Below are positions 55,231 through 64,000 of a stretch of 64,000 bases of DNA, piece by piece (positions within the stretch are counted from its first letter, which is position 1; every line of letters begins with the position of its first letter). Source of the stretch: Octopus sinensis. Lineage: Eukaryota. The DNA lies in the NCBI RefSeq assembly GCF_006345805.1, contig NC_043026.1, forward strand, positions 9,424,001 to 9,488,000, in the 5' to 3' direction. The translations under genes were made by a program, and so were the position numbers. The notes under the pieces were generated by a model. It was not told the origin of the DNA, ran no database searches, and saw only the letters and a list, made by a program, of their open reading frames with translations.

Positions 55231-57650
55231 GGCAGGACTTCCTTTTATACCCCCATCCCCAAATCCCGCTTTTTTTTTTTAATTCGACGACGGAGTGCAT
55301 GAATCTGAAAAAAAAAAAAAAGATGGCAAAAATCGGGATTTTGAAATTACCCCTCTCTCACCCCTAATTTCTTCATTTTTAACCTTTTTTAGTAATTATT
55401 TTTTATAAATGATTCTGAAAAAAAAATTACAAAAATTTTATAGTTACGGTTAGGGTTAGGGTTGGGGTTATGGTTTTAGGGTTAGGGTTAGGGTTTTAGG
55501 GTTACGGTTGGGGTTTTAAGGTTAGGGTTAGGCTTTTAGGGTTTTAGAGTTACGGTTAGGGTTAGGGTTAGGGAACAAAGTCAGAAATGACGAAATTGGG
55601 GGGTAAAAGGGGGCAAAATTTCATAATGCTGATTTTTGGCAATTTTCTGGAACCTCTGTATCCAAAAACGGGGGTTTTTTGCCAAAAAACTTTTTTTAAA
55701 TAAATAAAATTGGGATGAAATGGGACGGGAGAGAAAGTCTTTCTAAATACGTTCGTATGGTGTTGATGGCAATCTTTGGTTTTGACTCGACGGTGTGTTC
55801 ATGCAACTCAGCTGTTACCATAGATACGGCTGCTGAAATTTGAAGTTGATGCTGATAAATTAGTGCGGATTATAAGAGGTTTCGGACCACCAGGATCCGA
55901 AAAGTCGGTGCTGTACTTATATTGTAGAATTTATATGGGGAGTAAAATTTAATGCTTAGCATTGTGAAAGAGACTCGTCACCGACGTCGACTTTGCCTTC
56001 ATCCTTTCGGGGTCGATAAATTAAGTACCAGTTAAGCACTGGGGTCGATGTAATCAACTTAATACCTATGTCTGTCCTTGTTTGTCCCCTCTGTGTTTAG
56101 CCCCTTGTGGGCAATAAAGAAATAGGTATTTCGTCTGTCGTTACGTTCTGAGTTCAAATTCCGCCGAGGTCGACTTTGCCTCTCATCCTTTCGGGGTCGA
56201 TAAATAAAGTACCAGTTACGCACTGGGGTCGATGTAATCGACTTAATACCTATGTCTGTCCTTGTTTGTCCCCTCTGTGTTTAGCCGCTTGTGGGTTATA
56301 AAGAAATAGGTATTTCGTCTGTCGTTACGTTCTGAGTTCAAATTCCGCCGAGGTCGACTTTGCCTCTTATCCTTTCGGGGTCGATAAATAAAGTACCAGT
56401 TACGCACTGGGGTCGATGTAATCGACTTAATACCTATGTCTGTCCTTGTTTGTCCCTTCTGTGTTTAGCCGCTTGTGGGCAATAAAGAAATAGGTATTTC
56501 GTCTGTCGTTACGTTCTGAGTTCAAATTCCGCCGAGGTCGACTTTGCCTCTTATCCTTTCGGGGTCGATAAATAAAGTACCAGTTACGCACTGGGGTCGA
56601 TGTAATCGACTTAATACCTATGTCTGTCCTTGTTTGTCCCCTCTGTGTTTAGCCGCTTGTGGGTAATAAAGAAATAGGTATTTCGCCTGCCGCTACATTC
56701 TGAGTTCAAATTCCGCCGAGGTCGACTTTGCCTTTCATCCTTTCGAGGTCGATGAATTAAGTACCAGTTACACACTGGGTTCGATGTAATCGACTTAATA
56801 CCTATGTCTGTCCTTGTTTGTCCCCTCTATGTTTAGCCCCTTGTGGGTAGTAAAGAAATTGGTATGGCAGGACTTCCTTTTATACCCCCATCCCCAAATC
56901 CCGCTTTTTTTTTTTAATTCGACGACGGAGTGCATGAATCTGAAAAAAAAAAAAAAGATGGCAAAAATCGGGATTTTGAAATTACCCCTCTCTCACCCCT
57001 AATTTCTTCATTTTTAACCTTTTTTAGTAATTATTTTTTATAAATGATTCTGAAAAAAAAATTACAAAAATTTTATAGTTACGGTTAGGGTTAGGGTTGG
57101 GGTTATGGTTTTAGGGTTAGGGTTAGGGTTTTAGGGTTACGGTTGGGGTTTTAAGGTTAGGGTTAGGCTTTTAGGGTTTTAGAGTTACGGTTAGGGTTAG
57201 GGTTAGGGAACAAAGTCAGAAATGACGAAATTGGGGGGTAAAAGGGGGCAAAATTTCATAATGCTGATTTTTGGCAATTTTCTGGAACCTCTGTATCCAA
57301 AAACGGGGGTTTTTTGCCAAAAAACTTTTTTTAAATAAATAAAATTGGGATGAAATGGGACGGGAGAGAAAGTCTTTCTAAATACGTTCGTATGGTGTTG
57401 ATGGCAATCTTTGGTTTTGACTCGACGGTGTGTTCATGCAACTCAGCTGTTACCATAGATACGGCTGCTGAAATTTGAAGTTGATGCTGATAAATTAGTG
57501 CGGATTATAAGAGGTTTCGGACCACCAGGATCCGAAAAGTCGGTGCTGTACTTATATTGTAGAATTTATATGGGGAGTAAAATTTAATGCTTAGCATTGT
57601 GAAAGAGACTCGTCACCGACGTCGACTTTGCCTTTCATCCTTTCGGGATC
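54350..57650. repeat. 1635-bp near-identical tandem duplication
   Basis: Identical small ORFs at 55179 and 56814; GTCGACTTTGCC junctions at 54350, 55986 and 57621. Confidence 0.9.
55441..55572 (+). repeat. Degenerate (TTAGGG)n tract (copy at ~57076-57207)
   Basis: GGTTAGGGTTAGGG units mixed with TTTTAGGG, TTACGG and TTGGGG variants. Confidence 0.8.
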
Positions 57651-57741
57651 GATAAATTAAGTACCAGTGAAATACTGGAGGAAGGGGTGTAATTGACTAA
57701 GCCCTTCCCCCTAAATTTCAGGCCTTGCGCCTTTAGTTGAA

Positions 57742-58061
57742 GTGGAGGCGCAATGGCCCAGTGGTTAGGGCAGCGGACTCGCGGTCGAAGGATCGCGGTT
57801 TCGATTCCCAGACCGGGGGCGTTGTGTGTGTTTATTGAGCGAAGACACATAAATCTTCACAAGGCTCCGGCCGGGGGGGGGGGGCGACCCCCTGTTGTGC
57901 TCTTTCGCCCCAACTTCCTCACACTCTTTCTTCCTGTTTCATGAGTAACGCTACGATGGACTGGCGTCCCGTCCAGCTGGGGGGAACACATACGCCACAA
58001 AAACCGGGAAACAGGGCCCATGAGTCTGGCTAGGCTTGAAAAGGGTGAGAAGAAGAAGAAG
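57742..58061 (+). mobile_element. tRNA-derived SINE family S3 with V/Meta-like central domain and (GAA)n tail
   Basis: A box TGGCCCAGTGG, B box GGTTTCGATTCC, central GATGGACTGGCGTCCCGTCCAG. Confidence 0.7.
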
Positions 58062-58123
58062 CCTTTAGTAGAAAGGATTATGTAAAAAAAAATTATTTCT
58101 TTATTTTTGTGGGTGGAAAATAA

Positions 58124-58474
58124 CAGGAGTGTCTGTGTGGTAAGTAGCTTGTCTACCAACCACATGGTTCCGGGTTCAGTCCCACTGCGCGGCACCTTGG
58201 GCAAGTGTCTTCTACTATAGCCTCGGGCCGACCAAAGCCTTGTGAGTGGATTTGGTAGACGGAAACTGAAAGAAGCCCGTCGTATATATGTATATGACAC
58301 ATACATATAGGCGCAGGAGTGGCTCTATGGTAAGTAGCTTGCTTACCAACCACATGGTTCCGGGTTCAGTCCCACTGCGTGGCACCTTGGGCAAGTGTTT
58401 TCTACTATAGTCTAGGGCCGAACAAAGCCTTGTGAGTGGATTTGGTAGACGGAAACTGAAAGAAGCCCGTCGTA

Positions 58475-58557
<83 letters not shown>

Positions 58558-58765
58558 GTGTGTGTGTGTGTGTGTGTTTGTCCCCTAGCATTGCTTGACA
58601 ACCGATTCCGGTGTGTTTATGTCCCCGTTACTTAGCGGTTCGGCAAAAAAGAGACCGATAGAATAAGTACTGGGCTTACAAAGAATAAGTCCCGGGGTCG
58701 AGTTGCTCGATTAAAGGCGGTGCTACAGCATGGCCGCAGTCAAATGACTGAAACAAGTAAAAGAG
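58124..58765 (+). mobile_element. SINE S1 with duplicated head (58124, 58310) and long internal (TA)n
   Basis: Two consecutive heads and a single tail. Confidence 0.85.
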
Positions 58766-58974
58766 TATTTTCTTTGAAGCCAGATCTATTGGTTTGCTTA
58801 CTTGCATGTATCGTAGGGTTGGGGTGAAGACACTCAGTGTATCGATTATCTTTATTGGGTTCCTGTGAGGGAACCCTATTATGGAGTAGTCACCCCACCT
58901 TCCATGGCATTCAGACAGTTGCCTTGCATACCTCTATTGAGGTGAATATAATTTCAATACACATTGATATGACA

Positions 58975-60770
58975 CCGCCAAAAAATGTTTACGGCAGAAA
59001 TTTTATTCACCTCAATAGACGTCATTGATTGGTTGAAATTGCCGAAATGCAAGAAATTAAGCAACAAATAGCTTACAAACTACAGAATTTTCTCAATAAA
59101 GCCAAGAGGAAAAGCTGTTTTATGTAACACTTTCTACCAGTATACGAAGTTTAAAATTTTTTAATTACCTAGAAATTATGTTAAAAAACTGCCGTCCAAA
59201 CCGAAAAGATCCCCATTCTGATTCTTAAACGAATATATAATATGTAATGTGTGTATCTGTGCAGGAAGTTTTTGACAAACTACGGCAGAAATTGTATTCA
59301 CCTCAATAGACGTCATTGATTGGTTGAAATTGCCGAAATGCAAACAATTAAACAACAAATAGCTTACAAACTACAGAATTTTCTCAAGGAAGCCAAGAGA
59401 AAAAGATGTTTTATGTAACACTTTCTACCAGTATACAAAGTTTAAAAGTGTTTAGTTACAAAAAAATTATTTTAAAAGACTGCCGTTCAAACCGAAAAGA
59501 TCCCCATTCTGATTCTTAAACGAATATATAATATGTATAATGTGTGTATCTGTGCAGGAAGTTGTTGACAAACTACGGCAGAAATTGTATTCACCTCAAT
59601 AGACGTCATTGATTGGTTGAAATTGCCGAAATGCAAGAAATTAAGCAACTAATTAGGCTTACAAACTACAGAGTTTTTCTCAAGAAAGCCAAGAAAAAAA
59701 TGTTTTATAAACACTTTCTACCAGTATACGAAGTTTAAAAGTGTTTAGTTTACAAAGAAATTATTTTAAAAATCTGCCGGTCAAACCGAAAAGATCCCCA
59801 ATCTGTTTCTTAAACGAATATATAATATGTAATGTGTGTATCTGTGCAGGAAGTTTTTGACAAACTACGGCAGAAATTGTATTCACCTCAATAGACGTCA
59901 TTGATTGGTTGAAATTGCCGAAATGCAAGAAATTAAGCAACTAATTAGGCTTACAAACTACAGAGTTTTTCTCAAGAAAGCCAAGAAAAAAATGTTTTAT
60001 AAACACTTTCTACCAGTATACGAAGTTTAAAAGTGTTTAGTTTACAAAGAAATTATTTTAAAAATCTGCCGGTCAAACCGAAAAGATCCCCAATCTGTTT
60101 CTTAAACGAATATATAATATGTAATGTGTGTATCTGTGCAGGAAGTTTTTGACAAACTACGGCAGAAATTGTATTCACCTCAATAGTCGTCATTGATTGG
60201 TTGAAATTGCCGAAATGCAAAAAATTAAGCAACTAATTAAGCTTACAAACTACAGAATTTCTCAAGAAAGCCAAGAGCAAAAAAATGTTTTATAAACACT
60301 TTCTACCAGTATACGAAGTTTAAAAGTGTTTAGTTACAAAGAAATTATTTTAAAAATCTGCCGGTCAAACCGAAAAGATCCCCAATCTGTTTCTTAAACG
60401 AATATATAATATGTAATGTGTGTATCTGTGCAGGAAGTTTTTGACAAACTACGGCAGAAATTGTATTCACCTCAATAGTCGTCATTGATTGGTTGAAATT
60501 GCCGAAATGCAAAAAATTAAGCAACTAATTAAGCTTACAAACTACAGAATTTCTCAAGAAAGCCAAGAGCAAAAAAATGTTTTATAAACACATTCTACCG
60601 GTATACGAAGTTTAAAAATTTTTAGTTACCTAGAAATTGTTAAAAACTGCCGTTCAAACCGAAAAGACCCAAAGATGTTTTATAACACATTCTACCAGTA
60701 TACGAAGTTTAAAAGTGTTTAGTTACAAAGAAATTATTTTAAAAATCTGCCGGTCAAAGTGAAAAGGCCC
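58975..60770. repeat. ~292-bp tandem repeat (about 6 units) derived from the MITE E arm
   Basis: CCGAAAAGATCC TIR ends at 59212, 59503, 59797, 60089, 60381 and ~60670. Confidence 0.9.
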
Positions 60771-60925
60771 GCTAAAATTTAAGAACTTGCGGTGCCGAGG
60801 TAGGGAAATAGAAATTTTGAAAACATTGATTTTTAATGGTATTCTCCCATATTCTCTGGCCAAGTCGACTCAGCCTTTCACCTTTTTCGCGGTTCTTTGT
60901 GACGAAATGTGAAAGCAATCTCTCA

Positions 60926-61067
60926 TACGCATGCGCACTAAACGTACTTCCACCTCCATTCATCAACGTCTCTCAATTCACTCCCAAACACATTTATAAT
61001 ACATTTCTCTACCGCCTGACGCACTTCTAACAACAACACCATCCTTTATAAAGACATTTCCGTAAGT
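60926..61067 (+). promoter_or_regulatory. ZNF-5 putative promoter, exon 1 and donor
   Basis: TACGCATGCGCA 60926-60937, ACTTCCACC 60946-60954, GTAAGT donor 61062-61067; the cassette flips orientation together with the gene. Confidence 0.65.
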
Positions 61068-62212
61068 ATTAAACAATGAAAACATTTAATCTTTTAATAA
61101 TTTGGTGTCTCAGATGTCCTTTGATCTGTTCCACATTTGGTTGCTATTTCTAGCTATGGCGGGAACCTCCTACACGCTCCATCGTTTCTTCTTTAAGTTT
61201 GTTTGTTGTGTGTTTTAGGTGGAGAAATGTTCTTAAAATAAACTCCAACCACAGAAATGCTGAGAATCCAATGCTTTATCATAATTCATCGAACCCTTGT
61301 TTCTTAATATAAGGTAAGGGACATACTTAGTAAGCGGGGCAAAATGAGTAATTCCTCATTTCTTCCTACACGCTCCATCATTTCCACGTTCGTTCGTTGT
61401 ATTTTAGTTTGAGAAATATTCCCAAATAAACTCCAACCACAGAAATGCTGAGAATCCAATGCTTTATTATAATTTATCGAATGCTTGTTTCTTGATAGGA
61501 GGATGGAAGCGAAATTAGTAAGCGGGGCAAAATGAGTAATTTCCACTTTATTCTTACTTTTCCATCTACCGTGTTTGATATCGTTACATTTTGATCATTG
61601 CTACATTGTGTTTAGGACTGAAAATTGGCGACCACAGTTGTTGAACTTGAAGTCCGAGACATGGTCAGGTGGCAGGTCCTTTTTATTTTCAAGAAATTTT
61701 CATTCAATATTCTTTTCTCTGCTTTTTTTCCCTATACAATTATAGAGGGATCATTACCATAGCCCCATCGGTTTTTTTTTCCCTTTTTTTTTTTGTTATC
61801 CAGAAATCTACGTCTGCAGTTACGGATATAAGTAGCCTCTATATCTTACACTGTTGTTTCTTTATTATTTTAGAATATCAGATCACATTGGCATAACTGA
61901 AGATACATTCTCATTATTTATCAGCTTTTAAAGACCAAAATATTGTACAGAGCAGATGTATAAGATTGTTTCTGAAAATGTGTCGTAGAATTCCACTTGA
62001 AATGTGTTCTTAGCAAACTTTCTGGACTTCACTGGCTGGAGTGTCTACAAGATGAGTCTGTGAGGAAAATAAAATTGGATAAGTTTACTAGAGAGTATTC
62101 AGACGAAAGTAACACTGGACAGAAATACAGCAGTTGAAATATTTGTAAACAAAACAGTGTAGAAGCAAAGAGAAGGAAAAAATATATCTATTGTAATTTT
62201 GAAAGAAAAAAT

Positions 62213-63163
62213 ATGGAGAAGAGTGAGAAAGCAAAGGATTTGACTTTTCTAGAAGACAAAGTGAAGAAGAGACGTATATTGTCACACGAACTTGATGTCT
62301 GTAAAAAGGCCTTCTCTGAAAAGGGTAACTTGAATAAGCACAAACGTATTCATACAGGAGAGAAGGCATTTCACTGTGACATCTGTGGTAGATCATTCTC
62401 TGCAAATGGCAGATTGACTATACACAAATGTATTCATACAGGAGAGAAGCCATTTCACTGTGTCATCTGTGGTAAATCATTCTCTGACCGAAGTGTTTTC
62501 ATTTCTCACAAGCGTATTCATACAGGAGAGAAGCCATATCAGTGTAACATCTGTAGTAAATCATTCTCCCAAAAGGGTGGCTTGGATAGGCACAAACATA
62601 TTCATTCAGTTGAGACACCATATTCTTGTAATATCTGTGGCAAATCGCTCTCAAGCAAAAGAAGTTTAACTTCTCACAAACGTATTCATACGGGTGAGAA
62701 GCCATATCGCTGCAACATCTGTAACAAGTCTTTCTCTGTAAGTAGTAATCTGACTATTCACAAGCGTATTCATAGAGGAGAGACACCTTATTCTTGTGAT
62801 ATCTGTGGTAAATCATTCTCCCGAAATGACACATTAACTAATCACAAACGTTTCCATACAGGAGAGAAACCGTATCACTGTGATGTCTGTAATAAATCTT
62901 TCTCTCAAAGAAGTACCCTAACTAATCACAAACGCATTCATACAGGAGAGAAGCCATTTCACTGTGAAATCTGTGGTAAATCATTCTTTCAACTTGGCAA
63001 CTTAGCTACTCATAAACGTTTCCATACAGGAGAGAAGCCATACCACTGTGATATCTGTGGTAAATCATTCTGTACAAGTTACGAATTGCTTGTACTCAAA
63101 CGTATTCATACAGGAGAGAAGCCAAAGAACTACCTGGTTTTTAACAGTGAGAACATCAGATAA
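62213..63163 (+). CDS. C2H2 zinc-finger protein ZNF-5, 316 aa, 8 intact and 2 degenerate fingers
   Basis: ATG start MEKSEK; first finger has C>L, last finger has H>L; TGEKP linkers. Confidence 0.9.
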   Translation: MEKSEKAKDLTFLEDKVKKRRILSHELDVCKKAFSEKGNLNKHKRIHTGEKAFHCDICGRSFSANGRLTIHKCIHTGEKPFHCVICGKSFSDRSVFISHKRIHTGEKPYQCNICSKSFSQKGGLDRHKHIHSVETPYSCNICGKSLSSKRSLTSHKRIHTGEKPYRCNICNKSFSVSSNLTIHKRIHRGETPYSCDICGKSFSRNDTLTNHKRFHTGEKPYHCDVCNKSFSQRSTLTNHKRIHTGEKPFHCEICGKSFFQLGNLATHKRFHTGEKPYHCDICGKSFCTSYELLVLKRIHTGEKPKNYLVFNSENIR

Positions 63164-63453
63164 AATATATTATTGACATTAATAGTTTGTACTTCAGCTA
63201 ATTGTCGAGAACTACATAATCCATGTTCCATTTTACTGAAAGATTTAAAAGGCATACTTAAATTTCATTAGTTTCAACAACCTGGGAAACACTAGGTTAT
63301 TAATGCATAAAGTTGGTACCTTAGCTACGGGGAAGTAACACCTCTGTAATCTATCTTAGGTTAGTGATCTAAAAGGTATATTGAAAATTTGTTATTTTCC
63401 GTAAGTGGGCAATACCAGGTATTTCTGCTAGTATATATATATATATATATATA

Positions 63454-64000
63454 TCATCATCATCATCATCATCATCATTTAACGTCCGCTTTCCATGCTA
63501 GCATGGGTTGGACGGTTCAACTGGGGTCTGGGTAGCCCGAAGGCTGCACCAGGCCAGTCAGATCTGGCAGTGTTTCTACAGCTGGATGCCCTTCCTAACG
63601 CCAACCACTCCGAGAGTGTAGTGGGTGATTTTATGTGCCTCCGACACAGGTGCCAGACGAGGCTGGCGAATGGCCATGCTCGGATGGTGTTTTTTATGTG
63701 TCACCGACACAGGTGCCAGACGAGGCTGGCAGACGGCCACACTCGGATGGTGTTTTTTATGTGCCACCGACACAGGTGCCAGATGAGGCTGGCGAACGGC
63801 CACAACGGATGGTGTTATGCGGTACTGGCTACGGCCACGTTCGGATGGTTTCCTTGTGTGCCACCGGCACTGGTACCACAAAGATACAAATTCCATTGAT
63901 GTTCATCTATTTTGATTTGGTTTGATTTTCACTTGCCTCAACAGGTCTTAACAAGTGTCACAAGAAGGAAGGTATGCACAGGTGGACTGACTACGTCCCA
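63454..64000 (-). mobile_element. (GAT)n-tailed retroposon with ~60-bp subrepeats, running off the window
   Basis: Same family as 26852, 40885 and 45973. Confidence 0.7.

Noticed and set aside
55441-55572. True telomere or chromosome-fusion scar
   Set aside because: Short, degenerate, single orientation and embedded in a duplicated repeat unit; no head-to-head TTAGGG/CCCTAA junction.
55179-57002. Duplicated 62-aa ORF as a small gene
   Set aside because: It is formed from a SINE tail and poly(T)/poly(A) runs inside the 1635-bp duplication and begins at a non-ATG codon.
57742-57815. tRNA gene
   Set aside because: A and B boxes are present, but no complete acceptor stem could be folded and the sequence continues into a SINE body and tail.

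Overview
Eukaryotic, AT-rich, repeat-dense DNA. The SINE families, (TA)n/(CA)n content and zinc-finger style point to an octopus or related coleoid cephalopod (inference; no database search was run). The window holds (i) a ~12.3 kb array of a 30-bp minisatellite (~2320-14590) that produces all the giant low-complexity ORFs of the ORF track, and (ii) a tandem cluster of five paralogous C2H2 (TGEKP-linker) zinc-finger genes. ZNF-1 (17046-18461, -), ZNF-4 (48430-50172, -) and ZNF-5 (62213-63163, +) have open frames. ZNF-2 (30548-32382, -) and ZNF-3 (37696-39816, -) carry single-base frameshifts. All five share a conserved architecture: an NRF1/ETS-like promoter, a short non-coding exon 1 with a GTAAGT donor, a conserved acceptor with a ~300-430 nt leader, and one coding exon. 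ZNF-3 looks like a ZNF-2/ZNF-4 chimera made by unequal crossover. The promoters and first introns are densely colonised by a decayed Merlin (IS1595/ISXO2-like) transposase and at least five MITE families with GG termini and 8-bp target-site duplications. These MITEs are nested in one another, hit the same site in different paralogs, bound a small inversion, and one has been amplified into a ~292-bp satellite. Also present: Helitron derivatives, several tRNA-derived SINE families (one amplified into a 184-bp satellite), a 1635-bp tandem duplication containing TTAGGG-like repeats, solo-LTR-like elements and an RTE-like LINE scrap. Coordinates were read by eye; repeat boundaries are approximate.
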